In this document: one piece after another, positions 1-13,999 of the stretch
Numbering within the stretch: position 1 is the stretch's first letter
How the letters are laid out: every line of letters begins with the position of its first letter
DNA from: Haliotis cracherodii
Lineage: Eukaryota
Length of the DNA stretch: 64,000 nt
Direction: 5' to 3'
NCBI RefSeq assembly: GCF_022045235.1
Contig: NW_027266264.1
Span: 88,660,001-88,724,000 of the forward strand
Position numbers and translations under genes: made by a program
The notes under the pieces: generated by a model
What the model was told of the DNA's origin: nothing
The model's database searches: none
What the model saw: only the letters and a program-made list of their open reading frames with translations

Positions 1-1415
1 GCATGAATCCTCACTCTCTCCCAGAGCTCTTGTTCCAGAGCATTTGTTACCAGTCTAGCATGAAGCCTCACTCTCTCCTGGAGCTCTTGTTCCAGAGCAT
101 TTGTTACCAGTCTAGCATGAAGCCTCACTCTGTCCTGGAGCTGTTATTCCAGAGCATTTGTTACCAGTCTAGCATGAGGCTTCACACTCTCCCAGAGCTC
201 TTGTTCCAGAGCATTTGTTACCAGTCTAGCATGAGGCCTCACTCTCTCCCAGAGCTCTTGTTCCAGAGCATTTGTTACCAGTCTAGCATGAGGCCTCACT
301 CTCTCCCAGAGCTCTTGTTCCAGAGCATTTGTTACCAGTCTTGCATGAAGCCTCACTCTCTCCTGGAGCTGTTATTCAAGAGCATTTGTTACCTGTCTAG
401 CATGAGGCTTCACACTCTCCCGGAGCTCTTGTTCCAGAGCATTTGTTACCAGTCTAGCATGAGGCCTCACTCTCTCCCAGAGCTCTTGTTCCAGAACATT
501 TGTTACCAGTCTTGCATGAAACCTCACTCTCTCCCAGAGCTCTTGTTCCAGAGCATTTGTTACCAGTCTAGCATGAAGCCTCACTCTCTCCTGGAGCTGT
601 TATTCCAGAGCATTTGTTACCAGTCTAGCATGAGGCCTCACACTCACCCAGAGCTCTTGTTCCAGAGCATTTATTACCCGTCTAGCATGAATCCTCACTC
701 TCTCCCAGAGCTCTTGTTCCAGAGCATTTGTTACCAGTCTAGCATGAAGCCTCACTCTCTCCTGGAGCTCTTGTTCCAGAGCATTTGTTACCAGTCTAGC
801 ATGAAGCCTCACTCTCTCCTGGAGCTGTTATTCCAGAGCATTTGTTACCTGTCTAGCATGAGGTTTCACACTCTCCCGGAGCTCTTGTTCCAGAGCATTT
901 GTTACCAGTCTAGCATGAGGCCTCACTCTCTCCCAGAGCTCTTGTTCCAGAACATTTGTTACCAGTCTTGCATGAAACCTCACTCTCTCCCAGAGCTCTT
1001 GTTCCAGAGCATTTATTACCAGTCTAGCATGAATCCTCACTCTCTCCCAGAGCTCTTGTTCCAGAGCATTTATTACCAGTCTAGCATGAATCCTCACTCT
1101 CTCCCAGAGCTCTTGTTCCAGAGCATTTGTTACCAGTCTAGCATGAAGCCTCACTCTCTCCTGGAGCTCTTGTTCCAGAGCATTTGTTACCAGTCTAGCA
1201 TGAAGCCTCACTCTCTCCTGGAGCTGTTATTCCAGAGCATTTGTTACCTGTCTAGCATGAGGCTTCACACTCTCCCGGAGCTCTTGTTCCAGAGCATTTG
1301 TTACCTGTCTAGCATGAAGCCTCACTCTCTCCTGGAGCTCTTGTTCCAGAGCATTTGTTACCAGTCTAGCATGAAGCCTCACTCTCTCCCAGAGCTCTTG
1401 TTCCAGAGCATTTGT
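1..1415. repeat. Minisatellite, 57-bp unit, ~25 copies, runs off the left edge
   Basis: Unit GCATGAAGCCTCACTCTCTCCCAGAGCTCTTGTTCCAGAGCATTTGTTACCAGTCTA; 19-aa periodicity in ORF 3..1424. Confidence 0.97.
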
Positions 1416-1624
1416 TTTGCATGAACCAGTGTACAGGCATCTCATCTCAGGAAGTAAAAAGTGTCTTTGAATTGTCTCATTTAGGAATGGCTAAATTTGC
1501 CACAAGTAAAGTAGGTATTGAGTAAGTTTGAACAACAACATCCAAAGAAGTCTCGTTTGGTCTAATTGGTGGCACGTGAACTCCTTGGCTGGGATTTCTG
1601 CATTAACAATACATGTACATGAAG

Positions 1625-1952
1625 GTGAGGTGAAATGGTGAGGTGGGTGAAACGGGGTTTAACGTCGCTGTCAAGATAATTGAACTGTATAGTGATGTGC
1701 ATGCATGTGTGTGTGTGTGGCTGCTTGTACTAGTCCGGACTAATGCCAGTTTTAAGGTGCTAGCTCACCGAGATACCATGCCGCAGTTTAACGTGAATAT
1801 CCCATTCAGACACAGTATACTGACTCCGGGATGACCAGTCCTTGTTTTAGCTCCTCAATGCCAAGCGCCAGGCAGTGTTATAACAAGCATCATCTTTTAA
1901 CATCTTTTGGTATGATGCGGCCGCGGACCGAGCCCCTGACCTTCCACTCTAA
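1625..1952 (-). mobile_element. Degenerate tRNA-derived SINE; central part resembles the Meta/MESC-type domain
   Basis: Plus strand shows tail GGGTTTAACGTCGC, then CAGTATACTGACTCCGGG..ACCAGTCC, AATGCCAAGCGCCAGGCAG, TTTTGGTATGATGCGGCCG and a degenerate reverse B-box; domain name is from recall. Confidence 0.55.
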
Positions 1953-2647
1953 GTCAATAGTTCCGTTCTGTACATAGACATCAGCCCGTGACAACACTTT
2001 CATGCAAGGGACCAGGGGCTTCAGTTGTGTTATTCTCAAAGTATTTACAAACTGGTTAATTTATTTGTTTGTTGAAGTATTAGGTGGAACTTCATAGTAG
2101 CCCAACTGACAGTTTAGTCTATCGTATCCTGTACTCCACACTCTGCCAAGTACATGATGTTAACATTGATTGATGCAGGAAGAATGAGAACATTGCTATG
2201 CTTTGGTATCAAAGTAATTAATTTTGAACAAAGAAAGAAAGAGGAAAAACATTAATGTTTTTTACTTCCATTATGGCTTTCCTTGTTTTGGCTTGTTAAT
2301 TCACTTAAGATGCTGACGAGGTTCTGTGATGGATGCTACCTATCACTGATGCACTGTTCTATCAGCAGACATAATACTGGCATTAATATTATCAACAGAA
2401 AAATTTCTGTAAGTTCGCAATGGCCTATGTTGGACAGATAGCTATCACAGACTTTGCTACCTATGGCATGATGCATACTCTGGTAAAAAATCCATAATAA
2501 TTTGAAGAATTGATGACACTGCTTTTGAAGAGGTAATATCTGCTATCTGTGTTAGTGTGACTCAAAGAAGGCCATGAGGGGACCGTCAGTTCTTAGCACT
2601 CAGTGGACAAATAGAAACATAATCTTTTCTTCTTACATTTCTGTACA

Positions 2648-2786
2648 GTGAGTAAGTATGGTTTTATGCCACTTTTAGCAATATTATGGGGGGGACAGAG
2701 AAAATATGCTTCACACATCGTACCCATTTCGGGAATTGAATTGTGACGACCAAATGCTTTAATCACTATGCTACCCCCCTCCCCTT
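2648..2786 (-). mobile_element. Short SINE (family A), degenerate
   Basis: Reverse complement of 2904-3057 (GCTTCACACATCGTACCCAT, GTTTTATGCCACTTTTAGCAATATT); near-TSD TCTGTACAGT/TCTCTACAGT. Confidence 0.7.
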
Positions 2787-2903
2787 CTCTACAGTAGCGT
2801 AAGGTATTTACAAGATTTTAACAATAAGAAAACTATATTTCACCAGTGTATATGCAAATTAACCTAGTGCATGTAATTAACCTTGTGCATTTCTTAACTG
2901 ATA

Positions 2904-3057
2904 GGGGCAGTGGGGTAGCTTTCGCTCGTCACACCAAAGACCCGAGTTCGATTCCTCAAATGGGTACAATATGTGAAGCCCATTTCTGGTGTCCCCCGCC
3001 GTGATATTGCTGGAATATTGCTAGAATATTGCTAAAAGCAGTGTTGAACCATACTCA
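2904..3057 (+). mobile_element. Short tRNA-derived SINE (family A)
   Basis: GGGGCAGTGGGGTAGC head, B-box GAGTTCGATTCC, tail GCCGTGATATTGCTGGAATATTGCT..AAAAGC..ACTCAC; 11-bp TSD CTTAACTGATA at 2893-2903 and 3058-3068. Confidence 0.85.
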
Positions 3058-3149
3058 CTTAACTGATATCCAACACAATATACAATATCCAACATACAGT
3101 AAAGGTATATAAAATATACAGTACCAGAATATAATATACACTACTGGTA

Positions 3150-3277
3150 ACATGGTTCATTGTATGTCATCCACCTCTAATCATGGGATTGTCTGGTCAA
3201 GACTGGAATATTGACAAGCTGCTGTCATGAAGCTGGAATATTGCTGATTGCGGCACTAAACAACATTCACTCACTCA
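3150..3277 (+). mobile_element. SINE 3' fragment (family B)
   Basis: GATTGTCTGGTCAAGACT..AGCTGGAATATTGCTGATTGCGGCACTAAACAACATTCACTCACTCA; similar to the reverse complement of 26462-26720. Confidence 0.6.
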
Positions 3278-4168
3278 TTAGACATTCAAATACATTCAGA
3301 AGACACAAAAACTGTTTCAGCATGTTTTGTAAACTATCTGCATAAGTCTTTTGGATGAGACATCCAAACTGTTTTGTGTCTGTCGGTGTAAGGAGCTGAA
3401 GAGCCTGCCCTTGCATGTGAAGGTTTGGAGTAAGATTTAAAGATTTTTGATGAATTTTTTTTTAAAGGGTACGAGTTGAACTTGATTAGATGTCAAATAA
3501 TGTGTCACTTTCTGGGGAACTACAACCAGTTTACGTCATGCTCGGGCATGGTGACCCAGTTACAACTTATTCTTCAATGTCAACGTCTTGTGGAGAAACA
3601 TCTCCTCCCTTCATTTGAACTGCCTGGTAATGTCTCTATGAAAGCTTACACACATTCAAGTAGAAAATGCTGACCTTTCAAATATAAGATGAAACCATGA
3701 CCATTCCTTTGAAACAAAACAAATGCTTCTTTAGCTAGCTTGGAGTGCAAGCCCAAATGTTTAATTACAAAAATTTGTCCGAGTATCAGATTGATATTGA
3801 AGTTCACTAAATGGTGAATGACTGCTGTGTTTACTTTGAAGTTGCCCTAAACTCAGTTCATGCAATGTCATGCTTCACAAACACCCATCCTAAGCTCCCT
3901 TCACATCCTCGTCAATAAGATACTGGAAGCCCGCTCTATACATCATCTCAAAATCACTGTTAAATAGCCATTACCCCTCTCGGACTCGTTCTGTCCAGCC
4001 CCCCTCCCTATGCACCTTACAGAAATGTCCTCCTTTGCTAGCATCAGAAATCCTAATTGTCTGGAAAGTCATTTGAAATCTCACATATCCGCACCCAGGA
4101 GAAAACTCTGTCAAGTCAGACTGCAGGGACTTTGTGTTTTGCTTGTTGTACATTTAGATTGCAGGAAC

Positions 4169-7100
4169 AATACATTCAGCACTGCCCAGCAATACATCAA
4201 GCACCGCCCAATAATACATCTGGCACCGCCCAATAATACATCTGGCACTGGCCAACAATACATCAAGCACTAACAAGCAATACATCAAGCACCGCCCAAT
4301 AATACATCTGGCACTGGCCAACAATACATCAAGCACTGCCCAGCAATACATCAAGCACCGCCCAATAATACATCTGGCACTGGCCAACAATATACATCAA
4401 GCACTGCCCAGCAATACATCAAGCACCGCCCAATAATACATCTGGCACTGGCCAACAATACATCTAGCACTGCCCACCAATACTGTATTGTTTTTAGTAC
4501 AGTGCGCACTCGAGTATAATGCGCACCCCCCTCGAGCGAATTCAGTATTTTGCAGAAAAAAAATTACACTGTACCCCTTCAGCTAATTCCGGAACTAAAC
4601 TGGAAACAGCAATCAGCTGTACACAGGCTCTCTTGGAACATACTGGTGATTCGGTCAAAACACACCCAAAGATATAACTTTACTGGGTTTTAATGCAAGG
4701 ATCGGCAAAAATTGTATCTGAAACTATTTTTTTATCAGGAATAGTATATTCAATTATCTTGTTATTTTAGTTGCAGCTCCTACTAAATATATTTAAAATA
4801 ATTATAACCCTAAGTGAAAGCAGCTGATCGCTATTGCCGGTTATTATTTTTCACATCACATGTCTAGTTTGACCAGTCACCGTTGAGGCTCCTGCGCACA
4901 TGATCGCGAGAACTATGTGTTGACATAGAATCGTCAAACTATAACAAATATGACTTTTAACGAGTAAAGGATTGCATTTATGATACATGTATCCATTCGT
5001 CAATAGCAGTAATCTGAATGTGGTTGCTTTTAATAAAGGTGAGTGGTGCGATCTTCCGATCGCTTCACACACGATTTCAACGAAATTATTTAAAGCTATA
5101 TTAAAAGGAATTTTTAATCAAATTTATGAAATAAGTTACAAACATATATCCAGATATACAAAGAACACTTTTTATAGCCAGACTGTGTAATTACATGATT
5201 AATTTGCATACTTCAGTATGGATTTGTTGACATGGTATTTCCGGTGTTACGTGCTCACAGTAATGTCTTTCTGTTGTGGGAAAAAAACCATCAAAACTCA
5301 TTATGGCGTGTATAATGCGCACCCCCTTCTACACAGCTGTGTTTTTTAGAAAAAAAGTGTGCACTATACTCAAGAAAAAACGGTACATCTAGCACAGCCT
5401 AGTTATACATCTAGCAATGCCAAACCATATATCTAGCACCTGCCATAATACATCTGGCACCACCCAACAATACATCTAGCACTGCCCACAAATACATCTG
5501 GCACCACCCAACAGTACATCTAGCACTGCCCTACAATACATCTAGCAATGCCCAACAATACATCTAGCACCGCCAACAAATACATCTGGCACCACCTAAC
5601 AGTACATCTAGCAATGCCAAACAATACATCTAGCACTGCCCAACAGTATATCTAGCACTGCCCAACAATACATCAAGCACCAGCCAACAGTACATCTAGC
5701 ACCGCCCATAATACATCTAGCACTGCCCAACAATATATTTAGCACTGCCCACAAATACATCTGACACCAACCAACAGTACATCTAGCACTGCCCAACAGT
5801 ACATCTAGCACTGCCCAACAATACATCTGGCACCACCTAACAGTACATCTAGCACTGCCTAACAATACATCTAGCACCGCCCATAATACATCTAGCACTG
5901 CCAAACAATACATCTAGCACTGCCCACAAATACATCTGGCACCAACTAACAGTACATCTAGCACTGCCCAACAATACATCTAGCACCGCCCAACAATAAA
6001 TCTAGCACTGCCCAACAGTATATCTAGCACTGCCCAACAATACATCTAGCACCGCCCAACAATACATCTGGCACCACCCAACAGTACATCTAGCACTGCC
6101 CAACAATACATCTAGCACTGCCCACAAATACATCTGGCACCAACTAACAGTACATCTAGCACTGCCCAACAATACATCTAGCACTGCCCAACAGTATATC
6201 TAGCACTGCCCAACAATGCATCAAGCACCACCCAACAGTACATCTAGCACTGCCCAACAATACATCTAGCACCGCCCATAATACATCTAGCACTGCCAAC
6301 AATACATCTAGCACTGCCCAACAATACATCTAGCACTGTCCACAAATACATCTCTCACCAACCAAAAGTAGATCTAGCACTGCCCAAAAGTACATCTAGC
6401 ACTGCCCAACAATACATCAAGCACTCCCCAACAATACATCTAGCACTGCCCAAAAATACATCTAGCACCGCCAAACAATACATCTAGCACTCCCCAACAA
6501 TACATCTAGCACTGCCCAACAGTACATCTAGCACTGCCAAACAATACATTAAGCACTCCCCAACAATACATCTAGCACTGCCCAACAATACATCTAGAAA
6601 CGGCAAACAATACATCTAGCACTGTCCAACAATACATCTAGCACTGCCCAAAAGTACATCTAGCACTGCCCAACAATACATCTAGCACTGCCCAACAATA
6701 CATCTAGCACTGCCCAACAATACAGCAAGCACCGCCAAACAATAGATCTAGCACTGCCCAACAATAAATCTAGCACTGGCCAACAATACACTTAGCACCG
6801 CTGAACAATACATCTAGCACCGTCCAATAATACATCAAGCACCGCCAAACAATACATCTAGCACCGCCCAACAATAAATCAAGCACTGCCCAACAATACA
6901 TCAAGCACCACCAAAAATTACATCTAGCACCGCCCAACAATAAATCAAGCACTGCCCAACAATACATCAAGCACAACCAAACAATACATCTAGCACTGCC
7001 CAACAATAAATCAAGCACTGCCCAACCATACATCTAGCACTGCCCAACAATAAATCAAGCACTGCCCAACAATACATCAAGCACCACCAAACAATACATC

Positions 7101-7372
7101 TAGCACTGCCCAACAATAAATCAAGCACTGCCCAACAATGCACCAAGCACCACCCAACAGTACATCTAGCACTGCCCAACAGTACATCAAGCACCGCCAA
7201 ACAATGCATCTAGCACCGCCCAACAATACATTTAGCATTGCCCAACAATACATCTAGCACAGCCCAACAATACTAGCACCGGCAAACAATACATCTAGCA
7301 CTGCCCAACAATAAATCAAGCACTGCCCAACAATACATCTAGCACCACCCAACAGTACATCTAGCACTGCTA
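4169..7372. repeat. Minisatellite, 22-bp unit, interrupted by a TIR element
   Basis: Unit CAACAATACATCTAGCACTGCC; resumes in register after 5385. Confidence 0.95.
4483..5383. mobile_element. Non-autonomous Tc1/pogo-type DNA transposon, 901 bp
   Basis: Imperfect TIRs CTGTATTGTTTTTAGTACAGTGCGCAC and GTGTGCACTATACTCAAGAAAAAACGG; TA TSD at 4481-82 and 5384-85; subterminal direct repeat TATAATGCGCACCCCC near both ends; removal restores a minisatellite unit. Confidence 0.8.
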
Positions 7373-7373
7373 G

Positions 7374-9354
7374 CACATAGTGTATGATGAAACAAGGGCA
7401 TTGTGACACATAGTGTATGATGAGACAAGGGCATTGTGACACATAGTGTATGATGAGACAAGGGCATTGTGACACATAGTGTATGATGAGACAAGGACAT
7501 TGTGACACATAGTGTATGATGAGACAAGGGCATTGTGACACATAGTGTTGGTGAGACAAGGGCATTGTGACACATAGTGTATGATGAAACAAGGGCAATG
7601 TGATACATAGTGTATGATGAAACAAGGGCTTTGTGACACATAGTGTATGATGTGGCAAGGGCATTGTGACACATAGTATATGATACGCCAAGGACATTGT
7701 GACACATAGTGTATGATGAAACAAGGGCATTGTGACACATAGTGTATGATGAGACAAGGGCATTGTGACACATAGTGTATGATGAGACAAGGGCATTGTG
7801 ACACATAGTGTATGATGAAACAAGGGCAATGTGACACATAGTGTATGATGAAACAAGGGCTTTGTGACACATAGTGTATGATGTGGCAAGGGCATTGTGA
7901 CACATAGTATATGATACGCCAAGGACATTGTGACACATAGTGTATGATGAAACAAGGGCAATGTGACACATAGTGTATGATGAAACAAGGGCTTTGTGAC
8001 ACATAGTGTATGATGAGGCAAGGGCATTGTGACACATAGTGTATATAGTGTATGATGAAACAAGGGCATTGTGACACAAAGTGTATGATGAGGCAAGGGC
8101 ATTGTGACACATAGTGTATGATGAGACAAGGGTATTGTTACAGATAGTGTATGATAAGACAAGGGCATTTTGACACATAGTGTATGATGAGAGAAGGGTA
8201 TTGTGACACATGGTGTATGATGAGGGAAGGGCATTGTTACACATAGTGTATGGTGAGACAAGGGTATTGTGACACATAGTGTATGATGAAACAAGGGCAT
8301 TGTGACACATGGTGTATGATGAGGCAAGGGCATTGTGACACATAGTGTATGATGATGAAAGGGCATTGTTACACATAGTGTATGATGAGGCAAGGGCATT
8401 GTTACAAATAGTGTATGATAAGACAAGGGTATTGTGACACAAAGTGTATATAGTGTATGATGAAACATGGGCATTGTAACACATAGTGTATGATGATGCA
8501 AGGGTATTGTTACACATAGTGTATGATGATGCAAGGGCATTGTGACACCTAGTGTATATAGTGTATGATGAGGTTAACGGTATTGCGACACATAGTGTAT
8601 GATGAGACAAGGGCATTGTGACAGATAGTGTATGATGAGGCAAGGGCATTGTGACACATAGTGTATGATGAGGCAAAGGTATTGTGACACATAGTGTATG
8701 ATGAGGCAAGGACATTGTGACACATAGTGTATATATTGTATGATGAGACAAGGACATTGTGACACATAGTGTATATAGTGTATGATGAGGCAAGGGCATT
8801 GTGACACATAGTGTATGATGAGGCAAGGACATTGTGACACATAGTGTATATAGTGTATGATGAGGCAAGGGCATTGTGACACATAGTGTATGATGAGGCA
8901 AGGGCATTGTGACACATAGTGAATGATGAGGCAAGGGTATTGTGACACATAGTGTATTTTAGGCAAGGGTATTGTTACACATAGTGTATGATGAGGCAAG
9001 GGCATTGTGACTCATAGTGTATGATGAGGCAAGGGCATTGTGACACATAGTGTATGATGAAACAAGGGCATTGTGACACATAGTGTATATAGTGTATGAT
9101 GAGACAAGGGCATTGTTACACATAGTGTATATAGTGTATGATGAGGCAAGGGCATTGTGACACATAGTGTATGATGAAACAAGGGCATTGTGACACATAG
9201 TGTATGATGAAACAAGGGCATTGTGACACATAGTGTATGATGAGGCAAGGGCATTGTGACACATAGTGTATGATGAGGCAAGGGCATTGTCACACATAGT
9301 GTATATAGTGTATTATGAGGCAAGGGCATTATTACATGTAGTGTATTATGAGGC
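7374..9354. repeat. Minisatellite, 33-bp unit with 42-bp variants
   Basis: Unit ACACATAGTGTATGATGAGACAAGGGCATTGTG; some units carry a 9-bp ATAGTGTAT duplication. Confidence 0.96.
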
Positions 9355-9839
9355 ACAACAATAGCAAGATGTCATTGTGTCAAGAGGTAATATTGAGGGA
9401 AACTGAAATATATGATGTTTCATTTAAGTTTGTTTTCCAAACCTGTTGTCAGGATGAGTTTTGATGAAATGTCCAAGGAGCAGACAACTCCTGTCATGTA
9501 CTACCCCTGGGGTGTTCACAAGCCTACCACAGACTAATGTATTCCCAAGTTCACCGAATAAAGGAACCTGAAGGGTTATATACAAGCTTTATTTCATTTC
9601 AGGAGGGATGAGATATTTATGCATGACGGTTTTGCTATTGATTTATGCTTTCCCTTGTGCAGGTCTGCATCATAGTTCATGGTGTAGACATGGGGATCAG
9701 ATTGCAGTGAATCCCATTCAGTTACACACATTATTATCTGAATCCCATCAGTTATATACATTCTATTCAGTGGTTTGACGTTCGAAACCTCCATTTTTGT
9801 GGCAGACATTGTTACCTCTTTATTTCAGAAGAATTAAAT

Positions 9840-11530
9840 TAGTCCAGGTATATCAATGTTGCAGTGGGCCATCATTAGACAGGGAGAAACGATATCATTG
9901 AGAATCAGTCCAAATATATCGATGTTGCAGTGGGCCATCATTAGACAGGGAGAAACGATATCAATGAGAATCAGTCCAAATATATCGATGTTGCAGTAGG
10001 CCATCGTTAGACAGGGAGAATCGATGTCAATGAGAATCAGTCCAAATATATCGATGTTGCTGTAGGCCATCATTAGACAGGGAGAAACGATATCATTGAG
10101 AATCAGTCCAAATATATCGATGTTGCAGTAGGCCATCATTAGACAGGGAGAAACGATGTCAATGAGAATCAGTCCAAATATATCGATGTTGCAGTAGGCC
10201 ATCATTAGACAGGGAGAAACGATGTCAATGAGAATCAGTCCAAATATATCGATGTTGCAGTAGGCCATCGTTAGACAGGGAGAATCGATGTCAATGAGAA
10301 TCAGTCCAAATATATCGATGTTGCTGTAGGCCATCGTTAGACAGGGAGAAACGATGTCAATGAGAATCAGTCCAAGTATATCGATGTTGCTGTAGGCCAT
10401 CGTTAGACAGGGAGGAACTATGTCAATGCGCATCAGTCCCAATATTTCACCATTGCAGTTGGCTATGGTTAGACGGGGAGGAACTATCTCAATGAGAATC
10501 AGTCCCAATATTTCACCATTGCAGTAGGCTATGGTTAGACAGGGAGGAACTATCTCAATGAGAATCAGTCCCAATATTTCACCATTGCAGTAGGCTATGG
10601 TTAGACAGGGAGGAACTATGTCAATGAGAATCAGTCCCAATATTTCACCATTGCAGTAGGCTATGGTTAGACGGGGAGGAACTATGTCAATGAGAATCAG
10701 TCCCAATATTTCACCATTGCAGTAGGCTATGGTTAGACGGGGAGGAACTATGTCAATGAGAATCAGTCCCAATATTTCACCATTGCAGTAGGCTATGGTT
10801 AGACAGGGAGGAACTATGTCAATGAGAATCAGTCCCAATATTTCACCATTGCAGTAGGCTATGGTTAGACGGGGAGGAACTATGTCAATGAGAATCAGTC
10901 CCAATATTTCACCATTGCAGTAGGCTATGGTTAGACAGGGAGGAACTATCTCAATGAGAATCAGTCCCAATATTTCACCATTGCAGTAGGCTATGGTTAG
11001 ACAGGGAGGAACTATCTCAATGAGAATCAGTCCCAATATTTCACCATTGCAGTAGGCTATGGTTAGACAGGGAGGAACTATCTCAATGAGAATCAGTCCC
11101 AATATTTCACCATTGCAGTAGGCTATGGTTAGACAGGGAGGAACTATGTCAATGCGCATCAGTCCCAATATTTCACCATTGCAGTTGGCTATGGTTAGAC
11201 GGGGAGGAACTATGTCAATGAGAATCAGTCCCAATATTTCACCATTGCAGTAGGCTATGGTTAGACAGGGAGGAACTATCTCAATGAGAATCAGTCCCAA
11301 TATTTCACCATTGCAGTAGGCTATGGTTAGACAGGGAGGAACTATGTCAATGCGCATCAGTCCCAATATTTCACCATTGCAGTTGGCTATGGTTAGACGG
11401 GGAGGAACTATGTCAATGAGAATCAGTCCCAATATTTCACCATTGCAGTAGGCCATGGTAAGACAGGGAGAAACAATGTCAATGAGAATCAGTTTAATTA
11501 CATCACTGTTGCAGTAGGCCATGGTTAGAC
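9840..11530. repeat. Minisatellite, 63-bp unit, two variant domains
   Basis: Unit TCAATGAGAATCAGTCCCAATATTTCACCATTGCAGTAGGCTATGGTTAGACAGGGAGGAACTATG-like; variant switch near 10410. Confidence 0.96.
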
Positions 11531-11821
11531 TTGGAGAAGCTACATGTCATTCACCAAATATAATGTGACATGTTCAAGAGGCTTAAGTGAAATGTTGTAT
11601 TACCTCGAAATTGATGGAGCAGTACATCACAAACTGCAGTCCGACTTTCTCAACCTGTGATCACTGTATGGAAATTGGAGAACCTGACTGATTAGACAAG
11701 ACTGTTTTCTAGCTGAAAACATAAGCACATGACAGTGCACGTTAAAATGATTCAATGTATCTTAGAGAACTGAATGTCAGGCACTGGCTTGTCAATTTAC
11801 TGATGGAAACTAATAAGGTAC

Positions 11822-12477
11822 CACCATACAGTATGACCTTATAACCCCACCTTGCTACCATACAGTATGACCTTATAACCCCACCTTGCTACCATACAGT
11901 ATGACCTTATAACCCCACCTTGCTACCATGCAGTATGGCCTTATAACCCCAACTTGCTACCATACAGTATGACCTTATAACCCCACCTTGCTACCATGCA
12001 GTATGACCTTATAACCCCACCTTGCTACCATACAGTATGACCTTATAACCCCACCTTGCTACCATACAGTATGACCTTATAACTCCACCTTGCTATCATA
12101 CAGTATGACCTTATAACCCCACCTTGCTACCATACAGTTTGACCTTATAACCCCACCTTGCTACCATACAGTATGACCTTATAACCCCATCTTGCTACCA
12201 TTCAGTATGACCTTATAACCCCACCTTGCTACCATGCAGTATGACCTTAAAACCCCACCTTGCCACCATGCAGTGTGAAACCCAATCTTGCAACCTTGGA
12301 AGTATGACTTATTAACCCCACCATGCCACCATGCAAGTATGACCTTATAACCCCACCTTGCCACCATGCAAGTATGACCTTATAACCCCACCTTGCCACC
12401 ATGCAAGTATGACCTTATAACCCCACCTTGCTACCATGCAGTATGACCTTATAACCCCATCTTGCCACCATGCAGTC
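11822..12477. repeat. Minisatellite, 34-bp unit
   Basis: Unit ACCATACAGTATGACCTTATAACCCCACCTTGCT. Confidence 0.95.
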
Positions 12478-13999
12478 TTACCTAAGACACTTTTGTAAAA
12501 TGGTGTCAAAATGTGCCTTCTGATTATTTTACTTTAAAAAACATAAATGATATTATATCCTTTTTTTTAGGATATCAATGCAGTTTATATAAAACATTGA
12601 TGAATGCCAGACACCAGATCATGTCTGTCCCCCCACCAATGTCATCACGAGGCCTATATTTACTATACACAAGGAGATCTGTGCATGCCATTGTCTCTGT
12701 CCTGCAGTGGTAGTTGAGTGATATTGATATGTACTGCTACCATCCCGATCGGAGTATAACAGCATCCCCATCCTCACCTTGGAGACGAGGCTAAGAGTCA
12801 GGGCAGTCATTGAAGCTAATTTTCTATATGACTTTAGCATGGCAACACTGTTAATGGTGTTCAGACAACTCATGGACTATTTGCTTCATGGAGAGTGTCA
12901 GTGAGAGCCTGGGCCAATATCAGTTTGCAGACCATTAAATGCTTGCAGGGGGAGGGTATTTTACCTCCATTCATAATGCCTGCATTGCCAACTAACAAGG
13001 GTAGAGTACATTCTGTTGAAAGAGGAAGCTTCCTGAAAGTTTGATGTAGATAAACTCCAATGTCTCCTCTGATGCTTGTGATGGCCTATGTTATGACTGG
13101 TGCTTCCTGTGGGTAGAAAGCCATTTAATCAGAGAGAACACCAAAAGAAACTGCTTGTTTGATACACTGCATGTGAATAGAATGAAGACCATTAATGTAG
13201 AGTAAAACCAAAGCGTAAGTAGTATTGACCACCGTTTACCTGTTTTATTCTGCAAGATATGTAATTCTGTACAGCAAAACCCCGTGGGTCTGTGTAGTGA
13301 AGGAATCTGCTGCTTGAGCCACATGTAACTGACAGTAGTGGCGACAGTGATGGTGCAGCATATTATCAGTTTGTTCCGCCTTAGCTGTACTCACGACAGG
13401 CGTACTCTCATACAGCCAAAAGAATGATCTTTACTATAGTGAATTTTGAAACAATTACTTGCTTGAATGGACATTAGTTCTTCAAGGCTCTGTTTGACAA
13501 TGTGGACACACAATGACTTGATCAATAGGTGTTGAATAGCGTCTACCATGGAAACATTACCGTTACTGATGCACCCAGAGAGACCTGTCCCATGCAGGGA
13601 CACTGACAGACAAACATGTACATTCTGCTCCCTCATCACATGTGCACAGTGGGACACCAGTTGGTAGATGGGACACATTCCTTCCTGGAGTCTGGAACAG
13701 TGCTATTTATTGCCTCCTGATTGCTCCACTTATAGACAATAGCCGTGTGACTCCGTCCGACACATGGACAAGATTCATGGGGCATCATGCATGCTTTTCG
13801 CTAAAGGCTGCTGGTATCAAAACATTAGCAGCATCATGCATGTAGCATCACTACCAGCTGCACTTTATGTAGTTGGGATTTATCCTCACTATAGTACAAA
13901 CATCTCCCAACATGTTGGTGTACTGAGGGAGACAGGGAGCTGTTCTTCAGGATGATTTACTGTCATGGGGAAACATCACAAAAAGTCATGACCCGGTAG

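Noticed and set aside
3-11522. Long ORFs of 428-562 aa (3..1424, 7254..8540, 7339..8934, 9834..11522)
   Set aside because: They are translations of minisatellites whose unit lengths are multiples of 3, lie almost wholly within the arrays, and have no recognisable domain
12600-13950. Possible decayed minus-strand transposase with a SWIM-like PCKHLM motif near 12940
   Set aside because: Needs several frameshifts and stops and has no TIRs; only a translated homology search could support it
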